DNA of 64,000 bases from Candidatus Doudnabacteria bacterium (GTDB lineage: Bacteria; Patescibacteriota; Doudnabacteria; UBA920; O2-02-FULL-48-8). The notes under the pieces are model-generated. The model was given only the letters and a program-made list of their open reading frames with translations. It did not search any database and had not been told where the DNA came from. Shown here piece by piece: positions 1 to 9,596 of this stretch; position 1 is the first letter of the stretch; each line of letters starts with the position of its first letter. A program made the position numbers and the translations under genes. The DNA lies in assembly GCA_039931165.1 (NCBI GenBank), contig JBDTSL010000004.1:21028-85027 (forward strand), read 5' to 3'.

Positions 1-58
1 CAAACTTTTTGAAAAAAAGCAAAAATCTGTTAGAATTAGAAAGAATTAACGAATAGAA

Positions 59-655
59 ATGATACTTTCCGATAAAGACATAAAAAAAGCCCTATCAAGC
101 GGTCGGATCAAAATTACCCCGGCTCCTGACCTGAAAACCCAACTCGGTTCCTGCTCCGTCGATATGCATTTAGGCAATAAATTCCGAGTTTTTAAGCATT
201 CCAGTTACGCGTATATAGATCTTAAAGGCCCGGTTGATACGGATAAACTGATGAAAGAGATCGAGGTGCCGGACGGGGAGCCGTTTATTATGCAGCCAGG
301 GGATTTCGCTTTGGCCACGACTTCGGAAAATCTTGATCTGGCTGATGACCTTCTCGGCCGCATAGAGGGTCGAAGTTCTCTCGGACGTCTTGGTATCATA
401 GTCCACGGCACCGCTTCTATTTTTGACCCGGGCTGGATCGGCACTCCGACCATGGAACTGGGAAACCTCGGTGTCATGCCGGTAGCGCTTTATCCGGGAA
501 TGAGGATTTGCGCGTTTACTTTTGAAGAAGTCTCAAGCCCGGTTGAGGTTCCTTATAGACTGAAGAAAAATAATAAATATGCGGGCCAAAAAAGCCCGCT
601 GGCTTCGAAATTATCGGTTGAAGTCAGAAAGGAGCAAAAAAACCATGAAGGATAA
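59..655 (+). CDS. dcd: dCTP deaminase
   Basis: 198 aa. N-terminal MILSDKDIKKAL..GRIKI and overall length are typical of the Dcd/dUTPase-fold dCTP deaminase family. Confidence 0.8.
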   Translation: MILSDKDIKKALSSGRIKITPAPDLKTQLGSCSVDMHLGNKFRVFKHSSYAYIDLKGPVDTDKLMKEIEVPDGEPFIMQPGDFALATTSENLDLADDLLGRIEGRSSLGRLGIIVHGTASIFDPGWIGTPTMELGNLGVMPVALYPGMRICAFTFEEVSSPVEVPYRLKKNNKYAGQKSPLASKLSVEVRKEQKNHEG

Positions 656-1334
656 TTGGCACGATCCCGGATTTGCCTCGGATTGGGATAAGGATACCGA
701 AAGAGGCAATCCCGCCCGACTGATCCATCTAGAGCTGATCAAAAGAATAGTTATCGATAATTACAGACCCGAAAATACGATTTTGGACATTGGGGCCGGC
801 TCCGGACAAGTGGAGGCTTTGATCATGGAAGTATTGCCGCAAGCGAATATTGTGGCGGTGGATTCATCGGAAGTGATGAGCGTTTTGGCAAAACGGAGAT
901 TGGAAAATTATTTGGAAACCGTTAAATTCATAAAACACGATCTGAATCAAATAAACAAGCTGGTTTTACCGAAACATGATTATAAGATTGCTATTGCTTG
1001 CCAGGTATTGCACGAAGTGCCGGATAAAAAGAAAATAATCGAATATATTTTCAAAAAATTAAGCCATGGCGGGATATTCCTTTTAGCAGACAGGTTGAAG
1101 GTAGATTTGGATAAACTGGAGCCGATCTATAAAACCGTCTTTGACTGGAACGAGCACAAAGCTAAACTGAAATGGGAAAAAAGTTTTGAATTTTATCAGG
1201 AAAAAATCGCAACGAAAGACGACTTTGCTGTAACTTTGGACGAAAACCTCGGCATCTTAAGTGCAGCTGGTTTTGAAGCCGCCTGCATTCATTTGCAGCT
1301 CGACAGAGTATTGATCGGAGGAGTAAAAAAATAA
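645..1334 (+). CDS. class I SAM-dependent methyltransferase
   Basis: Motif I ILDIGAGSGQ is present. Start moved from 579 to the ATG at 645, which has AGGAGC 9 nt upstream and removes the overlap with dcd. The stop overlaps the tmk start (TAATG). Confidence 0.65.
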   Translation: MKDNWHDPGFASDWDKDTERGNPARLIHLELIKRIVIDNYRPENTILDIGAGSGQVEALIMEVLPQANIVAVDSSEVMSVLAKRRLENYLETVKFIKHDLNQINKLVLPKHDYKIAIACQVLHEVPDKKKIIEYIFKKLSHGGIFLLADRLKVDLDKLEPIYKTVFDWNEHKAKLKWEKSFEFYQEKIATKDDFAVTLDENLGILSAAGFEAACIHLQLDRVLIGGVKK

Positions 1335-2020
1335 TGGCCAAGGGTAAATTTATAGTTATTGACGGCACCGACGGGTCAGGCAAGACCACCCAAACCAAAA
1401 TTTTGATCAACCGCCTGCAAAAAATCGGCCATAAGGTCCACTTTGAAGACTTCCCCCAGTACGGCAAAAAGTCAGCCGGGCCGGTGGAAGATTACTTGAA
1501 CGGCGAATACGGCTCGGCGAAAAAATTAGGCGCATATATTCCATCGGTGTTTTTCGCGGTCGACCGGTTCACAGCGGCAAACCGCATAAGAACCCATTTG
1601 GCGCACGGAGACGTCGTGGTCTCCAACCGATACGTCACGGCCAATATGGCCCATCAGGGAGGAAAAATTGCCAATATCAGGCAGAGGGAAAAATTTTTTA
1701 AATGGCTGGCCGAATTTGAATATATATTTTTTAAGATTCCGAAGCCGGATCTGGAAATTATTCTGCATTTGCCGCCGAAAATTTCCGTCCAGCTTGTCAA
1801 ACAGCGCGGGCCACAGCACTACATCGGCTCAAAACATCTTGACCTTCATGAAAAAGATATAAATCACATGGTGCACGCCGAAAAAGTTTATCTGCATATC
1901 GCAAAAAAATTTCATTATAAATTGGTGGAAGGTTTCGTCGATGGCCGGCTGCTCACGCCCGAGGAAGTCAGCGATAAGATTTTTCCGATAGTAAAGAAAT
2001 ACCTCAATGGCAAATTATGA
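1334..2020 (+). CDS. tmk: thymidylate kinase
   Basis: P-loop FIVIDGTDGSGKTTQ at the N-terminus; length and fold match dTMP kinase. Confidence 0.9.
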   Translation: MAKGKFIVIDGTDGSGKTTQTKILINRLQKIGHKVHFEDFPQYGKKSAGPVEDYLNGEYGSAKKLGAYIPSVFFAVDRFTAANRIRTHLAHGDVVVSNRYVTANMAHQGGKIANIRQREKFFKWLAEFEYIFFKIPKPDLEIILHLPPKISVQLVKQRGPQHYIGSKHLDLHEKDINHMVHAEKVYLHIAKKFHYKLVEGFVDGRLLTPEEVSDKIFPIVKKYLNGKL

Positions 2021-2651
2021 AATAGAAATTAAAAGCCTTATCGGGGACAAGCGAAAAGCCGACGAGCTGGTGTCAAAAATGAAGTTAGCCGACCCGGGTT
2101 TAGTTTCGGTCGGAAAACACAAGCAGATGAATCATTACTTTGTTGGCGGGAATTTGGCCAAGTTAAAAGTTAGGCTGAACCTAGAACTGCCATTTCAAAA
2201 TCCAAAGGATGCTTCTGTGCGGACCCGCTGGGCAGACGGCCGGGTTATTCTTGTGATTAAGGCTACCGTTGACGACACTACATCGAGCAATGGCACCGCT
2301 AGGCAGGAGTTTGAGAAAGTAATGAATTTAACTTTAGAACAGTTAGACAAAGCCCTGCTGGATTGCGGTTTTGAATACCAAGCCAAATGGTCGCGCGAAC
2401 GCGAGGAATACCAATATAAAAATATGAACGTCAGCATAGATAAAAACGCCGGCTATGGATATTTAGTGGAATTCGAATCAGTTATTACCGATTTAAAGAT
2501 GGCGGAACAGACCAAAACTGACATTCGAGACAGAATGAAAGAATTAGCTGTCGAAGAATTGCCTCAAGATCGTTTGGAGCGCATGTTTGACTACTATAAC
2601 AAACACTGGCAGGATTACTACGGGACTGAAAAGGTTTTTAATATCGCGTAA
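2007..2651 (+). CDS. CYTH-domain protein (CyaB/thiamine-triphosphatase-like)
   Basis: Starts MANYEIEIK; the N-terminal EIExK signature is diagnostic of CYTH domains. Overlaps the tmk stop. Confidence 0.5.
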   Translation: MANYEIEIKSLIGDKRKADELVSKMKLADPGLVSVGKHKQMNHYFVGGNLAKLKVRLNLELPFQNPKDASVRTRWADGRVILVIKATVDDTTSSNGTARQEFEKVMNLTLEQLDKALLDCGFEYQAKWSREREEYQYKNMNVSIDKNAGYGYLVEFESVITDLKMAEQTKTDIRDRMKELAVEELPQDRLERMFDYYNKHWQDYYGTEKVFNIA

Positions 2652-2681
2652 TTACGTAATTAAATATGTAATTCAAGCCGG

Positions 2682-3677
2682 ATGGAAATAAAACACCCAG
2701 AATATCAATACCTTGATTTGCTCAAGGACATAATAGCTAACGGCTCTGATAAGCCGATCTTTTTTACGCCGGAGATCATCCAGCAGTACAAAGACAAGGG
2801 CGAACAGCCGCCGATCCTTCGTTCCGTTTTTGGCAGGCAAATGAGATTTAATCTGTCTGAAGGTTTTCCGCTTCTGACCACAAAAAAAGTTTTTACCCGC
2901 GGCTTGATCCACGAATTGCTTTGGTTCTTATCAGGAAGCTCGAACATTAAATATCTGGTCGACAATAATGTCCATATTTGGGACGATTGGGCCTGGAAAA
3001 GATATCACAAACTGGCGTTGGCCGGAGCGCATCCGGACATGAGACAGGATGAATTTATTACCAAGCTGAAAAGCGAGCCCAAGGAAGGCGAATTTGTAAA
3101 AAAATGGGGAGACCTGATCACGATTTACGGCAGGATGTGGCGCAAATGGCCGGCCTCGGACGGAAGAGAGATAGACCAGCTGGGCTGGGTCATCGAAGGT
3201 TTGAAATCCAAGCCATATCGCAAATCGTATGTGGTTTCGGCTTGGAACCCTGATTTTATTTATGCCATGGCATCGAAGGGCAACGCGAACGAGGTGCCTC
3301 CGTTCTGCCACACGACTTTTCAATTCGCGGTCGTCAATAATAAATTAAATCTTGGCTTGTACCAACGAAGCGGGGATTCGTTTCTAGGCGTGCCGTTCAA
3401 TATTGCCAGCTACTCACTTCTGCTACTCATGGTCTCTCAAGTGACCGGTATTGAGCCGGGAGAATTTGTGCATTTTTTTGGCGATGTCCATATTTATTCA
3501 AACCACTTTGATGCGGTAAAGACGCAATTGGCGCGCGAACCGAAAGCCTGGCCCAGGATGAAACTAAATCCCGAAAGAAAAAATATCGATGATTTTAAAT
3601 TTGAAGATTTCACTTTGGAAAATTACGACCCGCATCCCGCCATTAAAGCCGACATTGCGAATATCGGAGGATTCTAA
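2682..3677 (+). CDS. thyA: thymidylate synthase (ThyA type) with an approx. 35-aa insertion
   Basis: VPPFCHTTFQFAV matches the LPPCH active-site motif; GVPFNIASYSLLLLMVSQVTGIEPGEFVHFFGDVHIYSNH matches the ThyA C-terminal core. Confidence 0.9.
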   Translation: MEIKHPEYQYLDLLKDIIANGSDKPIFFTPEIIQQYKDKGEQPPILRSVFGRQMRFNLSEGFPLLTTKKVFTRGLIHELLWFLSGSSNIKYLVDNNVHIWDDWAWKRYHKLALAGAHPDMRQDEFITKLKSEPKEGEFVKKWGDLITIYGRMWRKWPASDGREIDQLGWVIEGLKSKPYRKSYVVSAWNPDFIYAMASKGNANEVPPFCHTTFQFAVVNNKLNLGLYQRSGDSFLGVPFNIASYSLLLLMVSQVTGIEPGEFVHFFGDVHIYSNHFDAVKTQLAREPKAWPRMKLNPERKNIDDFKFEDFTLENYDPHPAIKADIANIGGF

Positions 3678-4162
3678 TGACAATCTCTTTCGTTGCGGCA
3701 GTATCGGAAAACGGGGTCATCGGCAGCCATAATGCAATACCGTGGCTCATTCCTGAAGACCTCAAACATTTTAAAAAGATAACCATGGGCCATGTTTGCC
3801 TTATGGGCAAGCATACTTTTGACTCCATAATGAGTTCCCTGAAAAAGCCTTTGCCCGGAAGAACTAATGTGGTCATTACCCGACAAACTGATGTTATTTT
3901 TCCTGAAGGAGTAATAACTTACCATGATCTGGATGATGCGCTCAAAAATATCAAAACCGACGAACTTATGGTTATCGGCGGTGGACAGATCTACCAACAG
4001 CTGTATGATAAGGGTATGGTAGATAAACTCTATATGACCCATGTGCATAAACATATCGATGGTGATGTCATGTTTCCCAAAGTTGATTGGTCAAACTGGA
4101 ACGAAGTTTCACGCGAAGACCGCAAAGAATTTTCATTTGTAATCTATGAACGGAAGCAGTAA
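3677..4162 (+). CDS. folA: dihydrofolate reductase
   Basis: The N-terminus ISFVAAVSENGVIGSHNAIPW and a 161 aa length match DHFR; ORF overlaps the thyA stop. Confidence 0.85.
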   Translation: MTISFVAAVSENGVIGSHNAIPWLIPEDLKHFKKITMGHVCLMGKHTFDSIMSSLKKPLPGRTNVVITRQTDVIFPEGVITYHDLDDALKNIKTDELMVIGGGQIYQQLYDKGMVDKLYMTHVHKHIDGDVMFPKVDWSNWNEVSREDRKEFSFVIYERKQ

Positions 4163-4382
4163 CATCATATTTTTAAGTATTTTTGCAGCGGTTGTCTTAC
4201 TGTGCTTGCTTTATTTTGGACTTGAATTATTTCATATGAAGAATAAGCAGATAGAAAACTTGACTGGTATCAATCCATTCAATCCGACGGGAAAGTCCAA
4301 ATACATTATAATTGCTTGCTTTGTTCTAATGATTTTAGTATTAGCAGTCACTATCACTATTCTCTCAATACGAACTAGATGA
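4146..4382 (+). CDS. small membrane protein (hypothetical)
   Basis: 78 aa with two hydrophobic helices; overlaps the folA end and the HD gene start. Confidence 0.3.
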   Translation: MNGSSNIIFLSIFAAVVLLCLLYFGLELFHMKNKQIENLTGINPFNPTGKSKYIIIACFVLMILVLAVTITILSIRTR

Positions 4383-4966
4383 CAAATCGTGATATAGATT
4401 TTTTATACGAAATTGGTTCATTAAGAAATGTGCCGCGGGGTTGGCGGCAGCATCTGGGTTTTGATGTGGCGTCCGACCTTGAACATACTTATCGCCTGAT
4501 CTGGCTGGCTTTGATAATTTCCCGCATGGAAAAGAAAGGCGACGAGAACACGATCATAAAAATGGCCCTGGTCCATGATGTCGCCGAGACCAGGACATCT
4601 GACTTAAGCTATGTCCAAAAAGTTTACGTTAAAGCGGACGAGCATAAAGCCGCTGTTGACATGTTTGCCGGCACGATAGTCGAAAGTTTTCGGCAGATCA
4701 TCGAAGATTATGAAAAAAGGGATTCGATAGAATCAAAGATCGTGAAGGACGCGGATAACCTCGATATTGATCTGGAACTCAAAGAGATCGAAGAACTGGG
4801 ATCAAAACTCCCGTTGAAGTGGGCATCGAACAGGAAATTCGTCCGCGAGCAAAAATTATATACGGAATCTGCCAAGAGACTTTGGGACGAAATTCAAACA
4901 AGCGACCCTAATTCCTGGCATATGAAAATGAATAAATGGCTGACTGACCCTAACGCTGGAAAGTGA
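4379..4966 (+). CDS. HD-domain phosphohydrolase (YfbR-like 5'-deoxynucleotidase candidate)
   Basis: MALVHDVAETRTSDL contains the HD motif. Confidence 0.6.
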   Translation: MTNRDIDFLYEIGSLRNVPRGWRQHLGFDVASDLEHTYRLIWLALIISRMEKKGDENTIIKMALVHDVAETRTSDLSYVQKVYVKADEHKAAVDMFAGTIVESFRQIIEDYEKRDSIESKIVKDADNLDIDLELKEIEELGSKLPLKWASNRKFVREQKLYTESAKRLWDEIQTSDPNSWHMKMNKWLTDPNAGK

Positions 4967-5655
4967 TGAAAATTAAATTAGTTGCTTTTGATTGGAACGG
5001 AACGATTTTGGATGATATGCTCGGAGGTGTGATTGCAGAATCAGCAACTCGAGTACATTTTGGATTTAAGGAAACCAGTTTAGAGGAAATCCAAGAGCAT
5101 TTTGAAATACCAATAAAGAAATATTGGATCAATACTGGTCTATCTTCTGAATTTTTTGATACTCATTCGGCCGAAATAGATAAAATATTCATGCAGAACT
5201 ATGAACCAGAAGAAGCACGATCTGGGTTAAGATCAGGATCCAAAGAGATATTGGATTGGTTGAAAGGCGAAAAAATAGATTCAATTATATTCAGCAATCA
5301 TATCGTCCCGCACATTGTGAGACAAACGAAAAGATTGGGAATTAGGAATTACTTCAAAGAAATACTCGCCCGAGGAGCCTTAGGTGATCTGGTTCATCAC
5401 GAAAAAACTTTTAAAGATGAGTTGTTGAAACAGTACGTCGAAGCAGGTTTTTTTGCGCCGCACCAGGTTCTGGTGGTTGGTGATACGATTGAAGAAATAG
5501 AAATTAGTAAAAAATTCGGTTATACTTCAGTTGCCTTTACTGGCGGCTGGCAAAGTACCGCGAGATTAAAATCTGCAAACCCGGATTTTTTGATAAACAG
5601 TTTAGTTGATTTAAGATCAATAATCACCCGTCTTTCCGAGCAGGCCAGTGATTGA
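4963..5655 (+). CDS. HAD-family hydrolase
   Basis: N-terminal motif I VAFDWNGTILDD (DxDGT-like) and later GDT motif (VVGDTIEE). Confidence 0.65.
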   Translation: MMKIKLVAFDWNGTILDDMLGGVIAESATRVHFGFKETSLEEIQEHFEIPIKKYWINTGLSSEFFDTHSAEIDKIFMQNYEPEEARSGLRSGSKEILDWLKGEKIDSIIFSNHIVPHIVRQTKRLGIRNYFKEILARGALGDLVHHEKTFKDELLKQYVEAGFFAPHQVLVVGDTIEEIEISKKFGYTSVAFTGGWQSTARLKSANPDFLINSLVDLRSIITRLSEQASD

Positions 5656-5755
5656 GAATTTATTATGCTGGCCGACGAAGCAATCTCTTCCATAGGTGAG
5701 ATTGCTTCGGCCGATGAAACCAGGAAAGATCGGCCTCGCAAAGACAAGATATTTT

Positions 5756-6851
5756 ATGGAAGAACTCCTAAGACAAATTAAAACACTCAAAGACCAGGCT
5801 CATGATCTTAAGGAGCATCTTTGACCTGCCTCAAAAGAAACAAAAAATCCTAGAGATAGAAGAGGCGATGTCGGATCCGGTTTTTTGGTCCGACCAAAAT
5901 TCGGCCAAAGCCAAAGCCAAGCAGCTTTCGGACCTGAAAAAACATGTTGAAGGCTGGTTTAAGTTTGAGCAAGAACTACACGATTTAGAGGGTCTCACGG
6001 CAGAAGCGGCACTTGAGTCGGACAAGGTTTTGGAGTCTGAATTAAAGGCCAAATTTAAGCTCCTGGAGGCTCAATATGGGCAACTTAGCCTCACAACCTT
6101 CCTATCCGCGAAATACGACGACCATGACGCCATCTTATCGGTCCACGCGGGCGCCGGCGGGGTGGATGCCCAGGATTGGGCGGAAATGCTTTTGCGGATG
6201 TTTTTGCGTTTCGCGGAAAAAAATAATTTCAAAGCCAATGTCATAGACGAAAGCCGGGGAGGCGAAGCCGGGATCAAAAGCGTTGTCGTGGAAATTTCAG
6301 GACCATATGCTTATGGGTATTTTAAAAGCGAAGCCGGGGTGCACCGGCTGGTAAGGCAGTCGCCGTTCAATTCCACGCATACGCGCGAAACGTCATTTGC
6401 GCTGGTTGAGGTTTTACCGGCCATTGAGCAAGATGAGTTTAAACTGAATATGGATGAGATAGAAATAGAGGCCAAAACTTCCCGAGGGCATGGCGGACAG
6501 TCGGTGAACACAACCTATTCGGCTATCAGAGCCACTCATAGACCAACAGGACTTACCGTCACCATTCAAAACGAACGTTCGCAAACGCAAAACAAAGAAC
6601 AAGCGCTGAAAATTTTGACCAGCAAACTTGCTCAATTGGAGGAACAGCGCCAGCAGGAGGAAAAGCTGAAGATCCGAGGGGAATTCCATAGCGCCGAATG
6701 GGGCAATCAGATCCGTTCATACGTTTTGCATCCGTATAAGCTGGTCAAAGACCACCGGACGAATTACGAAACATCAGATGCGCAATCCGTGCTCGAAGGA
6801 AATCTGGATGAATTCGTGAAGCAATATCTGGAAAAAAACCGGATGAAGTAG
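5756..6851 (+). CDS. prfB: peptide chain release factor 2, with programmed +1 ribosomal frameshift
   Basis: SPF tripeptide (RF2-specific) and GGQ motif (SRGHGGQSVN). Frame-0 ORF ATG 5756 to CTT-TGA at 5819-5824, with an AAGGAG SD-like element just upstream of CTT TGA C; the body continues in the +1 frame to 6851. Confidence 0.85.
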
Positions 6852-6875
6852 ACCGGTATGGTATAATGCTTATAC

Positions 6876-7553
6876 ATGATCAAATTCGACCAGGTAACAA
6901 AAACATACAACAAAGTCACAGCGATCAAGGATCTGACTTTGGAGATCCATAAAGGTGAGTTCATTTCGCTGGTTGGGCAGTCGGGCGCCGGCAAATCAAC
7001 TTTGATCTCAATGATCATCGGGGAAGAGCGGCCGGACTCGGGCCGGATATTGATCGACGACATAGACGTTTCCCAGATCCGCCGTACCGATATCCCGTAC
7101 CTGCGCCGCAAGATCGGGGTTGTTTTTCAGGATATCAAATTGCTGCCCAGGCGCACCGCCTTTGAAAATGTCGCGTTCGCGCTTGAGGTATCGGGCGAAA
7201 GCCACGCTCATATAAAAAAAGAAGTGCCGAAGATTTTGGAATTGGTCGGACTGGCAGACAAGACCAAAGCTTTCCCAAACGAAATGTCCGGAGGAGAGAA
7301 GCAACGAGTGGCGATCGCCAGAGCTCTTTCACATAATCCCGTTCTGCTCCTGGCTGACGAGCCTACCGGAAATCTGGATTCTATCAACGGTTGGGATATT
7401 ATTCAGTTGCTGCTGAAGATCAATAAAGCCGGAACCACAGTAATTCTGGCCACTCATGCTAAAGACATGGTCAATAGCGTGAAGAAACGCGTCATCACCA
7501 TAGAAAAAGGCCAAATTGTCTATGACCAAGAAAAGGGAAAATATGTATTATAA
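6876..7553 (+). CDS. ftsE: cell division ATP-binding protein FtsE
   Basis: Walker [10 protein letters not shown] and ABC signature LSGGEKQR; 225 aa, followed by ftsX. Confidence 0.9.
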   Translation: MIKFDQVTKTYNKVTAIKDLTLEIHKGEFISLVGQSGAGKSTLISMIIGEERPDSGRILIDDIDVSQIRRTDIPYLRRKIGVVFQDIKLLPRRTAFENVAFALEVSGESHAHIKKEVPKILELVGLADKTKAFPNEMSGGEKQRVAIARALSHNPVLLLADEPTGNLDSINGWDIIQLLLKINKAGTTVILATHAKDMVNSVKKRVITIEKGQIVYDQEKGKYVL

Positions 7554-7633
7554 GTATAAAGGGACAAATATAAAGTATAATGGGATGTTTGCCCGCCCTG
7601 TTCCCTTAATACTTTATACTTAATACTATTTAT

Positions 7634-8551
7634 ATGAGCTCTACTAACGCCAAAAGACTGATTGGTTCCGGATTCACCAATTTTTTCCGGAACATCTGGA
7701 TCTCGATCGCCGCCACATCCATGGTTGCCATCACTTTGTTCATTATTTCCACTATCCTAGTTTTTTATACGCTCACGGTTTTGGCGGTCCAAAATTCCAC
7801 GGACAAGGTTGGAGTAGTAACTGCTTATTTCAAGGACACTGCCACTGACAAGGAGATCGAAAGCACGCGCGCCGATATCCTGTCTTTGCCCGGAGTAAAG
7901 TCCGTGGATTACACTTCTAAAGCTCATGCCGAGGAATTATTCAAGCAGCGGCACGCGAACGAGCCGGCATTACTTGAAACTCTTACCGAATTCAGCGCTA
8001 CCGACGGCCCGATCCCGGCTTCGGTCGCTGTGCGGGCGGACAACCTTTCGGATTATCCGCATATTTACTCGACGCTGACCTCGGACAGGTACTCCGCCTT
8101 CTTCCAGACTGTCCGGGATAATCAAAAAATCATCGACAAGCTTCACCGTATTATTATTTTTATTACGAGATTTGGATTGATACTTGCCGGTATTTTCATC
8201 ATTGTCACTATCATGGTGACGTTTAATACCATCAGATTGACGATTTACAATAGGCGCGAGGAAGTGGAGATCATGCGCCTTGTGGGTGCCACTAACTGGT
8301 ACATCCGCTGGCCTTTTCTGATTGAAGGCATCATGTACGCGCTGTTCGCGACCACATTCGTCACTATCATGGTTTTGATCTTGCTCTATATGCTTTCCGG
8401 CAAGATCGAACAATTTCTGTCGATCGCGGCCCTGGGAACTACCTTATTCCAGGCAATCTTCTGGAAAATTTTGGCGGTAAACCTGGTCGCCAGCATCGTA
8501 CTGTGCGTCATCGCCTCCAGTATTGCTATGCGCAAGTATCTGCGAATTTAA
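7634..8551 (+). CDS. ftsX: cell division permease FtsX
   Basis: 305 aa with four hydrophobic helices and a large extracytoplasmic loop, downstream of ftsE. Confidence 0.85.
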   Translation: MSSTNAKRLIGSGFTNFFRNIWISIAATSMVAITLFIISTILVFYTLTVLAVQNSTDKVGVVTAYFKDTATDKEIESTRADILSLPGVKSVDYTSKAHAEELFKQRHANEPALLETLTEFSATDGPIPASVAVRADNLSDYPHIYSTLTSDRYSAFFQTVRDNQKIIDKLHRIIIFITRFGLILAGIFIIVTIMVTFNTIRLTIYNRREEVEIMRLVGATNWYIRWPFLIEGIMYALFATTFVTIMVLILLYMLSGKIEQFLSIAALGTTLFQAIFWKILAVNLVASIVLCVIASSIAMRKYLRI

Positions 8552-8638
8552 ATTCGCAGATACTTGTATATAGTATTCAGTATTCAGAGGTGAGTATCAT
8601 CCCTTTATACTTTATACTAAATACTGTATACTTTTTCT

Positions 8639-9082
8639 ATGAAAGTGATTCTAACTAAGGATGTTTCGGGGCTGGGACGGGCTGGCGATGTCAAAGAAGT
8701 TTCTGACGGACATGCCAGAAATTTTTTGTTGCCGAAACATCTGGTTCTGCCGGCCACTATTTCAGCTTTGGGGAGGGTTCAAAAAGAAGAATCGGAACGC
8801 CAAGACAAAGTAAAAAAGCATGAAGAAAAATTACTTGCCGCCAAAAGCAAACTGGAAAACAAAACGTTCATCGTAAAAGGCAAGGCCGAAAAACAGCACT
8901 TGTTTGCGGCAATTCACGAAAACCAGATTGTCGCCGCCATCAACGAAAAGCTGAATTTGGACATTGAGTCTAACCAAATAGTGCTCGAGAAACCAATTAA
9001 AAGTCTTGGTTTGCATGAATTTCATGTCCGTCTTGGCGAAAAACAATTGATTAAGGTAAAATTGGATGTTGAAGCGGTGTAG
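8639..9082 (+). CDS. rplI: 50S ribosomal protein L9
   Basis: MKVILTKDVSGLGRAGDVKEVSDGHARNFLLP is the canonical L9 N-terminus. Confidence 0.9.
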   Translation: MKVILTKDVSGLGRAGDVKEVSDGHARNFLLPKHLVLPATISALGRVQKEESERQDKVKKHEEKLLAAKSKLENKTFIVKGKAEKQHLFAAIHENQIVAAINEKLNLDIESNQIVLEKPIKSLGLHEFHVRLGEKQLIKVKLDVEAV

Positions 9083-9086
9083 TTAA

Positions 9087-9596
9087 ATGTTAAAACAAAT
9101 AGAGAAAAATTGGGGATTTACGCTTATCGAACTTTTGGTGGTCATCGCAATCATCGGACTTTTGGCTGCCGTGGTATTAGTCTCCTTAAATAGCGCCAGA
9201 GTCAAAGCCAGGGATGCCAGAAGAAAGGCAGATATCAAGCAGATGATGACAGCCTTGGAGCTTTATTATAATGACAATGGCGTATATCCGTTTTCAAACG
9301 GGTGGGCGTATAGCAACGACAGTACTTGGACAACTTTACAAACAGCCTTAGCCGCATATACAACAAAACTGCCTCATGATCCAATAGAAACAAACGGGCT
9401 TCCCTTTAATAACGACTATAGTTATGGGTTTTTTAATGAGGGGTACGGCTGCCAGCAACAATGGTTCATGATTGTATACCGTTTGGAAGTTGCAGACGGT
9501 CCTGACCCTGGAGTAATCACCTGCGATGGATTTTTATTTCAATACGGCGGCAGCGGCAGTTCCACCACAATGAAAACCGTAGGCCATGCTCGTTAA
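9087..9596 (+). CDS. type IV pilin-like / prepilin-type N-terminal cleavage-methylation domain protein
   Basis: Leader [10 protein letters not shown] followed by [21 protein letters not shown] (class III signal peptide). Confidence 0.7.
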   Translation: MLKQIEKNWGFTLIELLVVIAIIGLLAAVVLVSLNSARVKARDARRKADIKQMMTALELYYNDNGVYPFSNGWAYSNDSTWTTLQTALAAYTTKLPHDPIETNGLPFNNDYSYGFFNEGYGCQQQWFMIVYRLEVADGPDPGVITCDGFLFQYGGSGSSTTMKTVGHAR

